NCBI GenBank assembly: GCA_965219385.1
Contig: CBDCNM010000002.1
Span: 3,296,305 to 3,360,304, forward strand
DNA length: 64,000 nt
Direction: 5' to 3'
From: Candidatus Latescibacterota bacterium
GTDB taxonomy: Bacteria > Latescibacterota > UBA2968 > UBA8231
Part shown: piece by piece, positions 51,528-61,718 of the stretch
How positions within the stretch are numbered: the stretch's first letter is position 1
Layout of the letters: every line of letters starts with the position of its first letter
Made by a program: the position numbers and the translations under genes
The notes under the pieces: model-generated
Databases searched by the model: none
Seen by the model: only the letters and a program-made list of their open reading frames with translations
Told to the model about the DNA's origin: nothing

Positions 51528-52640
51528 ATGACTGAGACCATTTCACCGGCGCCGACCAAACAGGCGTCGACCAACGGCCGTACGGCGCTTTCCCTGATCG
51601 ACGCCGACGTGCACAACTACCCCAATGACATCGACGATTTGCTGCCCTTTCTGTCCCGGCGCTGGCAGGCCTATATCGAGCAGTCGGGTTTCAAGGGCCC
51701 CAACGTCCTGCGCTATCCCAAGGTGTACGAGTCGGCGGCGCGCAGGGATGCCTGGCCGCCCAATGGCAAGCGGCCCGGCGGCGATCCGGAGTTTGCCCGC
51801 GAGCAACTTCTGGACACCTGGGACATCGACTACGCCATCCTGAATCCCCTCTACAGCGTGTCCGTGATCCACAACATCGATTTTGCCAATGCCCTGATGC
51901 GGGCCCTCAACGACTGGCACGCGGCCGTCTGGCTGGATGCGGACCCGCGCTGGCGCGGATCCATCATCGTCAACCTGCACGACGGCGAGGCCGCGGCCGA
52001 GGAGATCCGCCGCGTCGCCCAGGATCCGCGCTTTGTCCAGATCCTGCTGCTGGTGCGCTCGCACGCGCCCTACGGACGGCGGGAATTCCGCCCCATTTTC
52101 AAGGCTGCCTGCGATGTGGATCTGCCGGTCGGCATCCACTTTGGCGGCAGCGGCGACAATCCCATCACCGCCTGCGGCTGGCCTTCTTATTATATCGAGG
52201 ATCACACCGGCATGTCGCAGGCCTTCGAAGCCCAGGTCATCAGCCTGGTGTGCGAGGGGGTATTCGAGGAACTTCCGATGGCCCGGGTGGCGATCATCGA
52301 GGGGGGATTCGCCTGGTTGCCGCCGCTGATGTGGCGCCTGGACAAAAACTACAAGGGACTGCGGAGCGAGGTGCCCTGGCTCAAGAAGCTGCCCAGCGAG
52401 TACATCCTGGAGCACTTCCGCGCCACCACCCAGCCCATGGAGGAGCCGCCCAATCCCAAACACCTGCTGGATGTTCTGGCGATGATCGGACGCGACGATT
52501 TCCTGGTGTTCGCCACCGACTACCCGCACTGGGACTTCGATGCCCCGGACCGCATACTTCCCGCGCTGGTACCCGACGACCTGCGCCGGCGCATCATGGT
52601 CGACAACGCCGCGAGTTTTTATGGATTCGAGCGCGCGTGA
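51528..52640 (+). CDS. Amidohydrolase_2 family protein (decarboxylase/hydratase-like)
   Basis: IDADVH, GIHFG, IEGGFAW, FATDYPHWDFD. Confidence 0.85.
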   Translation: MTETISPAPTKQASTNGRTALSLIDADVHNYPNDIDDLLPFLSRRWQAYIEQSGFKGPNVLRYPKVYESAARRDAWPPNGKRPGGDPEFAREQLLDTWDIDYAILNPLYSVSVIHNIDFANALMRALNDWHAAVWLDADPRWRGSIIVNLHDGEAAAEEIRRVAQDPRFVQILLLVRSHAPYGRREFRPIFKAACDVDLPVGIHFGGSGDNPITACGWPSYYIEDHTGMSQAFEAQVISLVCEGVFEELPMARVAIIEGGFAWLPPLMWRLDKNYKGLRSEVPWLKKLPSEYILEHFRATTQPMEEPPNPKHLLDVLAMIGRDDFLVFATDYPHWDFDAPDRILPALVPDDLRRRIMVDNAASFYGFERA

Positions 52641-52983
52641 TATCGGCGCCATAGCCGACTTCGAGGACGGCAAACCTCACCATGTCGAAGTGGATGGGCG
52701 GGCCCTGGTGGTGGTGCGCCGGGACCAGCAATTCTACGCCCTGCGCGATACCTGCCCGCACCAGGGGGCGCGGCTGTCCAACGGCAAAGTGGGCGGTACC
52801 TCCCTGCCGTGTCTGCCCGGCGAAGAAATCCACTACGGCCGCATCGGCGAAATCCTGACCTGTCCGTGGCACGGCTGGGAATACGATATTCGTACCGGGC
52901 AATCCCTGATCAATCCGGAAAAGGTCCGGGTCGCCACCTACGGGGTGCGGGTCGAGGGGGGCCGGGTCGTCGTCGATATATGA
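52621..52983 (+). CDS. Rieske [2Fe-2S] ferredoxin
   Basis: CPHQG...CPWHGWEYD. Confidence 0.9.
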   Translation: MDSSARDIGAIADFEDGKPHHVEVDGRALVVVRRDQQFYALRDTCPHQGARLSNGKVGGTSLPCLPGEEIHYGRIGEILTCPWHGWEYDIRTGQSLINPEKVRVATYGVRVEGGRVVVDI

Positions 52984-53010
52984 TAGCTTCTCCACTCGGC
53001 AAGGAGTGCC

Positions 53011-54255
53011 ATGCTTTTTAACAAAACGCGCGCCCTGGAGATGATGCAAGGCTGCTCCCTGGATGTGCTGGTCGCCGCCTCTCCCGTCAACGTGACCTAC
53101 TTCACCGACTACAGCTGCTGGATTGATCCCCTCTTCAAAGACTACATGATGTCGCCGGGAGCCTCGAGCCATCTCTCTCCCATCTACGGCGCCTTTTGCA
53201 GCGATGGCGCCGGGGCCCTGGTCATCAGTCCCGTCTTTGCGACCAATGCCACCGATGTGTGGGTTGCCGATTTGTGCACCTACGATCCAGCCACGGTGGA
53301 TCTTTCTGGCGTGTCCGAGGTCGCAGAGGAAGCCGATCAAAGGCTATATGCCAGCCTGCGAGAAGCAGCCGGCACCGAAACGGCCAGCGAAGCCCTGGTG
53401 CAATGGCTGCGCAAACAGGGGGCGAGCACAGCCCGGATAGGGATCGATATGGAGGGGCTCCATCCGCAGGCCGAGGAGGAGATCCGCCAGGCCCTGCCCG
53501 GGGCCCAAGTCAAGGATGCTTCGAACCTGATCCGCATGATCCGCATGGTCAAAAGCGCCGCGGAGATCGAGCTGCTGGAAACGGCGGCCCGGATCAGCGA
53601 GGAGGCCGCCATGGAGACCCTGAAACCGGCCCGTCCAGGCACCCATATAAAAGAGCTGGTACAACGCTATCGGGAGGTAATTTCCGCGCGCGGAGCGGAT
53701 TTCGATCATTATGCCTACGGGGTGCGGGGCACGGGTCTGGCCACCCGGGTAGACTATTGGTTGGCGGAAGGGGACTACCTCTACGTGGACTACGGTTGTA
53801 TTTACCAGGGTTATTTCTCGGACACCGGATTTACCCTGGCGATGGGAGACCCGCCCCAGCAGGCAATCGACTGGTACCGGGCGCTGCTCGAGTGCCATGC
53901 AAGCGCCGTGGAACTGATGCGTCCCGGGGTGAAATCATCGACCCTGGCGGATGCGATGCAGGCCGCGCTGGAAGGCAATGGAATCACCGGTAGCTTTCCG
54001 CATGGGCACGGCGTCGGGCTCGAGGTCCGCGATTATCCCATCATCGTGCCGGACAATGGACTGCGCATCAAGGACGATTGCATCGATCTGGAATCGGACT
54101 TGCCGCTCGAAGAAGATATGGTCGTCAATCTCGAGGCCAGTATCGCCTGCTTTGGGAGGGGAGATACGCATCTGGAGCAGAGCCTTCTGGTCACCGCCGA
54201 TGGCTGCCGGCCGCTGGTGCCCCACGAGCGCTCGCAGCCTTTTATTGTGGGTTGA
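53011..54255 (+). CDS. M24 (Xaa-Pro peptidase/creatinase) family protein
   Basis: RMVKSAAEI, VDYGC.YQGYFSD, HGHGVGLE, NLE, LEQS. Confidence 0.85.
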   Translation: MLFNKTRALEMMQGCSLDVLVAASPVNVTYFTDYSCWIDPLFKDYMMSPGASSHLSPIYGAFCSDGAGALVISPVFATNATDVWVADLCTYDPATVDLSGVSEVAEEADQRLYASLREAAGTETASEALVQWLRKQGASTARIGIDMEGLHPQAEEEIRQALPGAQVKDASNLIRMIRMVKSAAEIELLETAARISEEAAMETLKPARPGTHIKELVQRYREVISARGADFDHYAYGVRGTGLATRVDYWLAEGDYLYVDYGCIYQGYFSDTGFTLAMGDPPQQAIDWYRALLECHASAVELMRPGVKSSTLADAMQAALEGNGITGSFPHGHGVGLEVRDYPIIVPDNGLRIKDDCIDLESDLPLEEDMVVNLEASIACFGRGDTHLEQSLLVTADGCRPLVPHERSQPFIVG

Positions 54256-54347
54256 TTGCAGGCGCGCGCGCTTCCAGCAGGGGATTTCCAGTTAAAATGA
54301 CGTATTCGACATTCCCACCCATTATTTGAAATTGGAAGGAGGTAGCG

Positions 54348-54950
54348 ATGAGACTGTTATGGGTCAGCTTGGTCCTCGGTACAGTATCAGCGTCGCCGCT
54401 CTTTTCTGAAGACGAATCTTGGAAAATTGCGATCCCAGGTGACCGCCTTGCGTCCGACCAGGTCCTTTCTGTTGCGGTGGACAAAAACAACGTCACGTGG
54501 ATAGGCACGGCAGATGGCGTGTCTCGGATCGAGGCATTGATGGGGGGGAAAAAGATCAAAGGACGTAAACGCCACGTGGCCACCGATACGCTGGGCAATA
54601 TGCTCACCGTCCAAGTACATGCCGCCCATATCGCCGATACAAGCCAAGGATGGGAAGTATGTGACCGGGTAGTAGAAAAGTATGATTTGGTGGAAGCCTT
54701 CTCCGGTGACCGGGGGTATCGCGGCACCACGGTTGAATTCGTAGAGAACCTGTTGGGGTTGCGACTCGATATAGCCTCTAAACCACCCCAGGGGTTCCAA
54801 GTGGTGCCCAAACGGTGGATTATCAAACGGACCTTTGCTTGGTTGGGCGGATTTCGCCGCTGGGCTAAAGACTTCGAGATCCTCACCCACTCCGCAGAGA
54901 ACATGATTCGTATCGCCATGATAAAGATTACCGTCGCTAAATGCGTCTGA
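54348..54950 (+). mobile_element. IS5-family transposase C-terminal remnant fused in frame to the start of a secreted beta-propeller gene
   Basis: Signal peptide + VLSVAVDKNNVTWIGTADGVSR, then from ~54545 GKKIKGRKRH..TDTLG, DRGYRG, RWIIKRTFAWL. Confidence 0.75.
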
Positions 54951-55074
54951 ATAACCCAACAGCTTCTTACTTTGATTAAGTAACCAGGGGGGGCACCAAC
55001 TCTCGTTGGCGGCCCCATTTCACCGCATTGCATTAGACCAAACGGCTTGCTGTCATAGCAGAGGGGCACCTCTC

Positions 55075-56463
55075 ATGATGGGACTGTTGATCCGCAAAGA
55101 AATACTGACGCATCTGCTTAGTTATCGCTTTGTGCTGACCTTCTCCCTCTTCTTCGTACTGGTAGTCAGTTCGGTGCAGATTATCGCGCTGAACTACAGC
55201 CGGCAGATGGACAATTTCACCGAGGCTCGGCGCGCCCAGGAGGAGAAACTGCGCGAGAGCGGCGATTTCAGAAGAATGCGCTGGACCGGCATCCAGACCG
55301 AGAAGCCGCCAAATCCGCTCAGCGTCTTCGCCACCGGCTTGGAGCGGGAGATGTCGCGCACGATCCGCATCTCCAACTCTCGCGAAGTCAAACTCGGCCG
55401 CAGCAAATACGCCAACCCGCTCTTCGTGCTGTTTTCAGCCCCCGACCTGCTCTATATCGTCAATATCGTCGGCAGTCTGCTGGCCCTGCTCTTTGTCTTT
55501 GACACAATCTGCGGCGAAAAGGAAGAGGGCACGCTGCAGTTGATACTGGCCAACGCCGTACCGCGGCATGTGGTGCTGTTGGCCAAGTGGATCGGCGGAT
55601 ACGCCGTCCTGGTGCTGCCTTTCATCGTATCCATACTCATCGCCGTACTCTTCGCCCAGTTGACCACGGCACTGACCTTTACCGGTGCGGAATGGACGGC
55701 CTTCGCCCTTATACTGGGAGTGGCGGCACTCTATCTATCGGTCTTTTTTGCCCTTGGCATGATGATCTCCGCCCTCACCCATCGCGCGACCGTTTCGCTG
55801 GTCTTCAGCTTCCTGGTCTGGGTCATTCTGGTCCTGGTGATTCCCAACACCGCGCCCATCATCGCCCGGGCAGCCTCTCCAGTGCCTTCCGTCGGCGTCA
55901 TGGCCAGCAAGCGCGAGGCGGTCCAGCGCCAGGTCTGGAGCGAGATGCGGGGCAACCGAAACTGGCGCGCGATGTCGAGAGAAGAGCGCGGCCAGCAACG
56001 CGACGAAATGAGGGAGCGCATCGACGAGGAAACCGGAAAAATACTTGGCGCCTACATGAGTAAAATCGATGACCAGATCGCCATGAGCATCCTCATGGCG
56101 CGGATATCGCCGTCGGCCAATTACGTCTACGCCACCGCCAATATCGCCGGTAGCGGACTCGACGGCTTCGCCTCTATGCGCGACGTAATCCAGCGCTACC
56201 GCCGCGATTTCATGGCGTGGTGGCAAGCGGAGTCGCAAGCCCGGGAGCAACTGGCCGAGGGCGCTGAAAGCCAGGAAGAGCGCCAAGAGCTGCGCAATGC
56301 GCCCATCGACTTAGACGATCTGCCTGAATTCGCCGTGACACGAGCGGGAGTCGGCGATATACTGGCCAGCATACAGACGGATTTGCTCCTGCTCCTGCTG
56401 CTCAATGCCGCGTTCTTCATGGGCACCTATATGAAATTTCTCCGCTATGATCTGATGGAATAG
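55075..56463 (+). CDS. ABC-2 type transporter permease
   Basis: LIRKE, DTICGEKEEGTLQLILAN.VPR..VLLAKW, several TM helices. Confidence 0.85.
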   Translation: MMGLLIRKEILTHLLSYRFVLTFSLFFVLVVSSVQIIALNYSRQMDNFTEARRAQEEKLRESGDFRRMRWTGIQTEKPPNPLSVFATGLEREMSRTIRISNSREVKLGRSKYANPLFVLFSAPDLLYIVNIVGSLLALLFVFDTICGEKEEGTLQLILANAVPRHVVLLAKWIGGYAVLVLPFIVSILIAVLFAQLTTALTFTGAEWTAFALILGVAALYLSVFFALGMMISALTHRATVSLVFSFLVWVILVLVIPNTAPIIARAASPVPSVGVMASKREAVQRQVWSEMRGNRNWRAMSREERGQQRDEMRERIDEETGKILGAYMSKIDDQIAMSILMARISPSANYVYATANIAGSGLDGFASMRDVIQRYRRDFMAWWQAESQAREQLAEGAESQEERQELRNAPIDLDDLPEFAVTRAGVGDILASIQTDLLLLLLLNAAFFMGTYMKFLRYDLME

Positions 56464-56474
56464 GAAGGGTCGCT

Positions 56475-57890
56475 ATGCTCTGGGTGATGATTCGCAAGGA
56501 ATGGTTGAGCAACTTGCTAGAACTGCGGTTCCTAGTCTGTGGCGGGCTCTGTGTTTTCCTCGCAGTGATCAGCGTGCTGGTCCTGCGTGCCGACTTGGTC
56601 GCCAAACAGGCCGACTACTATAGCAACCGCGAGATCTACCGCAATGAGGCCGAAGAATACGGCGGCTATGAAAACCTAGCCCGAGAAGGCGTCCGGGTGG
56701 ATCGACCGCCGCAGAATTTCCAGGTTTTGTTCTACGGCACCGAAAAGACCCTGGACCGCACTGCCGTCGTCTCCCGCGACTTTTTGCCGGGTTTCGAAGG
56801 CAATAGCGCGGGCAACCCCATCGTGCTGCTCTTTCCCGCCGCCGATATGCTCTTCATCGTCGGGGTGGTGCTCAGCTTGCTGGCCTTCTTTATCTCCTAT
56901 GACGCGGTGGCCGGTGAGCGGGAAAGGGGCACCTTGAGACAGTTGCTGTCGTACCCGTTGCCGCGTGACACTTTGATTCTGGCCAAATGGATCGGTGGGT
57001 ATTTGAGTTTGGCCCTGCCCTTCCTGGTGGCGCTGGGCATCGGCGCGCTCTTAATCGGCCTCTCGAGCGAGATCGCGTTCACGACCGAAGATTGGCAGGC
57101 CTTCTTGATATCAGGGTTGGTGTCGCTGTTGTTGATCGCGGTGATGTTTTCCATCGGTCTCTTCGTATCGGTGTTGGTGCGCCGTTCCTCCACCGCCATT
57201 TTGAGTCTGCTGGCCATCTGGGTGCTGGTGGCCCTCGTAGTGCCCAACGCAGGCCCGTATGTGGCTGAGGCCGTGGCCCCGATTCCAGACGTAGGTGCGG
57301 TGGAGCGCCTGATCGCCGAACGGACCAAGGGAGTCAATGACGAATTCCGCCAGCAATGGCGCAGAGGAGGCGGTGGCAGGGGTGGCGGATGGCGTGGCCG
57401 CAACCGCAATATGACACCCGAGCAGCGCGCCGAGATGTTCCAGCAGATGCGGCAGCGCAGGGAAGAGGTGCGCCAGAAGGTCAACAAGCTTACCGCAGAG
57501 ATCATCCGCGATTACGAACAGCGCCTGCACCGCCAGGTCGACATCGCCCGCATCCTCACCCGCCTGTCGCCGGTTGCGGCTTACGCTTACGCCAATACCG
57601 ACATCGGCGAAACCGGAGTGCGCCACGAACGCAACCTAGTCAACGCCCTACGGGTCTACCAGCGCCAATTCAGCCGCTATATACTCGAACAACAGGCGGA
57701 TATGGTAGGCTTCGGCAACGAGCAGGACGGGGAGTTTCGCATCGACGACATGCCCGTCTTCAAGTTTAGATCAGAAGATCTCGAAGGCCGGTTGTCGGCG
57801 CGGACCACGGATATATTGCTACTGGCCGTGTTCGGGGTGCTGTTCTTCATGGGAGCGTTTATGTCTTTTCTGCGGATGGATATCGCCTGA
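56475..57890 (+). CDS. ABC-2 type transporter permease
   Basis: DAVAGERERGTLRQLLSYPLPR..LILAKW; paralogue of the upstream gene. Confidence 0.85.
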   Translation: MLWVMIRKEWLSNLLELRFLVCGGLCVFLAVISVLVLRADLVAKQADYYSNREIYRNEAEEYGGYENLAREGVRVDRPPQNFQVLFYGTEKTLDRTAVVSRDFLPGFEGNSAGNPIVLLFPAADMLFIVGVVLSLLAFFISYDAVAGERERGTLRQLLSYPLPRDTLILAKWIGGYLSLALPFLVALGIGALLIGLSSEIAFTTEDWQAFLISGLVSLLLIAVMFSIGLFVSVLVRRSSTAILSLLAIWVLVALVVPNAGPYVAEAVAPIPDVGAVERLIAERTKGVNDEFRQQWRRGGGGRGGGWRGRNRNMTPEQRAEMFQQMRQRREEVRQKVNKLTAEIIRDYEQRLHRQVDIARILTRLSPVAAYAYANTDIGETGVRHERNLVNALRVYQRQFSRYILEQQADMVGFGNEQDGEFRIDDMPVFKFRSEDLEGRLSARTTDILLLAVFGVLFFMGAFMSFLRMDIA

Positions 57891-58211
57891 TCGAACTCCT
57901 ATGAACATCGATGCCATCCCGGCCTTCGACATCTCCATTGGCGACGAATCGGAGCCGGCCATAGTCGGACCTGCCAGCAAATTTGGTGGCGAGGATCGCC
58001 CAGTTCCGTCTCGTCCAGTATATCAACTTCAATGTCGAGGCCATTGATCCTGAGGGCGCCCTGGCGGAGATCGGTCCGGTCCGCAAGGTGTAGCCGACCG
58101 CGCCCCGCCGGCGCCCAAGGCGCGCGGGGGGCGGAAAGATACCGACGCGGCTTGACCCGGCATCCTGGAAGGCCTTTTATTGTTCCTGCACATTCACATT
58201 TGAGGACCGCC

Positions 58212-59354
58212 ATGAGCCGTTTGGAATTTGACGTCAGCACACAGCCCACACTTGGTGTGGAAATCGAACTGGCCTTAGTCGACGCGGATACAATGGCCTT
58301 GAAAAATGCCAACAGCCAGATTCTGGCCCGCCTGCCGCCTGCTTTGCAGGAAACCATCAAGCCCGAACTGATGCAGTGCTACTTGGAAATCAACACCGGC
58401 GTATGCGCCACCATCTCGGAAACTGAAGTCGATTTGCGGGAAAAGCTCGGCGCTGTCGAAGCTGCCGCGGACGCGGTACACACTCGCCTGTTCTGGTCGG
58501 GTACCCACCCCTTCTCAAAGTGGGGCGATCAGGCCATTACTCCCAACGCGCGTTACCAGGGCCTCATCAACCTGCTTCAGGACACCGCTCGGCAACTGCT
58601 CACCTTCGGGCTGCACGTCCATGTGGGCGTAGACGGGGGCGACAAGGCCATCATGATCTGCGATCGCATCCTGCGCCACCTGCCCACGTTGCTCGCCCTG
58701 TCGTGCAACAGTCCCTTCTGGGAGGGCCGCATGACCGGGCTGCACTCCTGGCGCTCCCGGGTCATGGAGGGCCTGCCTACCGCGGGACTGCCGCCTTTCA
58801 TGCGCAACTGGAGCGAATATGTCTGGCTGATCAATCACTTGATCGATACCGGCTATATCGAATCCATCCGGGAAATCTGGTGGGACGTGCGCCCCCATCA
58901 TCGATTCGGCACCGTGGAAATCCGCATTTGCGACATCCCCGGCTCCCTGGAAGATACCCTGGCGCTGGCCGCCCTTATTCAGTGCTTGGTCAAAGACCTC
59001 TCCAACCAAGTCGACGAAGGCACCTACCAGCACGACTGCCATCCCATGCTCGTCCGACAAAACAAATGGCACGCCTCCCGCTATGGCTTGGGCGCCCGCC
59101 TGGTCGATTCCAACACCCACGATCTCAAGTCCGTGCCCCAGATGGTTCGAGAACTGGTCGCTCACCTTTCTCCTATTGCGGAGCAACTCGATTGCCAGAC
59201 CTATTTGAATCGCGTGTTGGACCTAGCCAAACAGCCCACTTGGTCCCAGCGCCAGATGGACCTGTTGAACCAGACTCGAGATCCCGCCGAAGTCGTTCGT
59301 CGCCTGACCGCCGACACCCGCTTGGCCCCTGTGCCTGCCCCATCTACCCCCTGA
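58212..59354 (+). CDS. ybdK: YbdK-family carboxylate-amine ligase (GCS2)
   Basis: TLGVEIEL, GTHPF, FGLHVHVG, NSPFW, IWWDVRP, GTVEIRICD. Confidence 0.9.
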   Translation: MSRLEFDVSTQPTLGVEIELALVDADTMALKNANSQILARLPPALQETIKPELMQCYLEINTGVCATISETEVDLREKLGAVEAAADAVHTRLFWSGTHPFSKWGDQAITPNARYQGLINLLQDTARQLLTFGLHVHVGVDGGDKAIMICDRILRHLPTLLALSCNSPFWEGRMTGLHSWRSRVMEGLPTAGLPPFMRNWSEYVWLINHLIDTGYIESIREIWWDVRPHHRFGTVEIRICDIPGSLEDTLALAALIQCLVKDLSNQVDEGTYQHDCHPMLVRQNKWHASRYGLGARLVDSNTHDLKSVPQMVRELVAHLSPIAEQLDCQTYLNRVLDLAKQPTWSQRQMDLLNQTRDPAEVVRRLTADTRLAPVPAPSTP

Positions 59355-59374
59355 GCCGATCACTCAACTGCCGT

Positions 59375-59520
59375 GCGGGGGTGTACCGAGTGCGCCATTG
59401 GGCCGCCTACGAGGCCGGCCTCAAACAGCGGGGTAGTCTGACCGTGTGGTTTAGCCAGCAAGCGGTGCAGGGCTAGTATTATCAAGGGCCGCCCCAGCGG
59501 GGGGCGCCATACACCTTGTC
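59375..59520 (+). mobile_element. IS5-family (IS903-like) transposase N-terminal remnant
   Basis: YRVRHWAAYEAGLKQRGSLTVWF followed by a stop. Confidence 0.7.
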
Positions 59521-59536
59521 GTAGAGGAGTTTCAAC

Positions 59537-60631
59537 ATGAATCCATTGGAACAAAAAGCGATAGTCATATGTATTTTGTCATTCGTGAGTTCTCAGTGCT
59601 ATCCAGATCTTGTATATTCTCCCGACTCTAATTCCTTTGATACCATAACAGACCCACGAAGCATAGCGATGGGGGAATCATTCGTTGCCGACGCGGGGAA
59701 CCTGACTGCAGCTTTTAGTTCCAACCCTGCAACCCTGGCTTATATTTTGCGGCCAGAAATCTTTTACAACTACAGATCCTACAACTGGATCGACGATGAC
59801 GATTTGGACATCGATCGTCTCTTTTCATGGTCCCTTGGAATGGCTTCGGCCTTTCGCTTTGGTAAGGTCGCATTTTCTTTTAATAGGAGGGAGGAAGGCA
59901 AGACCAGCGTAGCTCGCTTCTACGGCCAAACTTTTTCCCTGGCATATGCCATGGCCCATGGGAATATCGGCGCAGGATCGATGCTCAAGTTGTTCAACAA
60001 GTACATCGAATTGTTTTCCGATTATACCTATAAGCCTGAGCCCAGGTATGTCTCGGCCCTTGACTTGGGTGTGCTGTACCGCGCAAAACGGTCTACAAGC
60101 GAATGGGACGAAAGCATCTCCATCGGTATTGCGTTACAAAACATATCCTCGGGACACGAGTTCAGATACACCACCCCCGACGGAGAATCCGAGGAAAGCA
60201 TAACGTTGCCGATGTACCTCCGGATAGGGTTCAAGTACAACCTCAACCGCCCTTCTGCAGGCGGCTTGCCGCCGCTTCAATTCATCGCCACTGGTGAATA
60301 TCGACGATTTCTGAATCCAGAGAAAAGATCGGGCCTCGAAGATTCAGGAATCGTCGAGTATCCAGAGTTTAGAGACGATGATTTCGGAGGGATCGGTTTT
60401 GAACTTACCCTTTACAACTGGCTTTCCCTGCGAACCGGTTGGATCAATAAATACGCGGATCGATACCGGCGGCTGTACAACCGCTATGGGCTGGGAATCC
60501 ATCTTTCGTCAAGGCGCGTGTTGTTTCCCGGGAAGGTCACTTTCGACTATTCGCCGATCAGGCGACCTGAGCATGATTTATACGAGACAAAAAGATATGT
60601 ACACTCTTTCGGCATGCGGTTGTTCTATTGA
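59537..60631 (+). CDS. Putative outer-membrane beta-barrel (PorV/PorQ-like)
   Basis: Signal-like N-terminus, RSIAMGESFVA...NPATL, alternating beta strands, terminal aromatic residue. Confidence 0.6.
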   Translation: MNPLEQKAIVICILSFVSSQCYPDLVYSPDSNSFDTITDPRSIAMGESFVADAGNLTAAFSSNPATLAYILRPEIFYNYRSYNWIDDDDLDIDRLFSWSLGMASAFRFGKVAFSFNRREEGKTSVARFYGQTFSLAYAMAHGNIGAGSMLKLFNKYIELFSDYTYKPEPRYVSALDLGVLYRAKRSTSEWDESISIGIALQNISSGHEFRYTTPDGESEESITLPMYLRIGFKYNLNRPSAGGLPPLQFIATGEYRRFLNPEKRSGLEDSGIVEYPEFRDDDFGGIGFELTLYNWLSLRTGWINKYADRYRRLYNRYGLGIHLSSRRVLFPGKVTFDYSPIRRPEHDLYETKRYVHSFGMRLFY

Positions 60632-60784
60632 CACGGAAGAGGCACGAGACTCGTAACTCAGCCCGGGAACAGGGGTATCGTTACAGCCACTTTCACCGTC
60701 CGGTGCCTCCAAAAACGCGAAGGATTACAAAGATGTCGGGAAAAATGAACGTGCAAAAATTCATACTCTCAAACGGCGCAATTA

Positions 60785-61171
60785 TTGGCCCCAGGGCATT
60801 CATCGGTAACTCCAAGTATAAGCCGCCAGGCATTCATTGATGGAAATGATTTGGATTATACTGACGGGTTCTCGGTTGCGGATGTGCAAATCCGTCATGG
60901 GCTGGAAAATTACGAAATAGGATGTAGGATCAGCCGTATAAATCTCGAACACGGATATCAGTTTGTCTCCTTCGATCCCAAGATTTCCCTGGTAGAAGAT
61001 CGATTGGCCTTTTTTTCTCCAATCGGATTTTTCTTCAGCGATCCCTTCCCCAGTGACGGCGAGTCCATCAACTCCCTGGAATCCATCCAGATTCACCCTG
61101 CTCTCATTGCGAGTATTCCTTTCGGAAAGTCGAAAAACCAGCTCAACCTGGCATTAAAGAGCATCGTCTAA
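60785..61171 (+). pseudogene. Possible fragment of an outer-membrane/secreted protein
   Basis: Short ORF with a beta-strand pattern, no clear start or signal peptide. Confidence 0.25.
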
Positions 61172-61467
61172 TAGATAGCCCGGCGGATTATCTCTCGGGA
61201 ATTAATATTGGATTGCGATTGATCCCCGATGCGGATACAGAAGGGCATACAATCCATCCAGAAATCGGATTGTTCACGGGCCCGGAGGGGCATTATTACT
61301 TCTCCTGGGGTATGGGATTCTCCTATGCCTTGGGCGGGCACTGAACGAGTAGGCCGCAATCGCTTTTTCTCTGCAAGAAAAGCGAAACGGATCCCATCCA
61401 GTTTCACGTGTTTCGGTACCATTGAAGAGCACGAGAGTAGCAATACGCAGATGCTCGCTGTGGCTCG

Positions 61468-61660
61468 GTGACCTTCGTGCCGGCGCCGCGACTGACCGCT
61501 GACAACGTGCGCCAGATCGTCGAGACCGCGGCCCAGCGCGACTTTAGCGCAAAGGAGCCAGATGTGTTGTGGGTGGCCGACATTACCTATATTCCCACTT
61601 GGCGGGTTTTCTCTACCTGGCCGTGGCGTTGGATGTGGGCCATGGCGGCTCACTTTGAAC
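61468..61660 (+). mobile_element. IS3-family transposase (rve) remnant
   Basis: QRDFSAKEPDVLWVADITYIPTW. Confidence 0.7.
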
Positions 61661-61718
61661 CCCAAGTGTTAAACACTCCACTAAACCGGGGCAACTCCAG
61701 TAAGATGAGGGGATCAGC

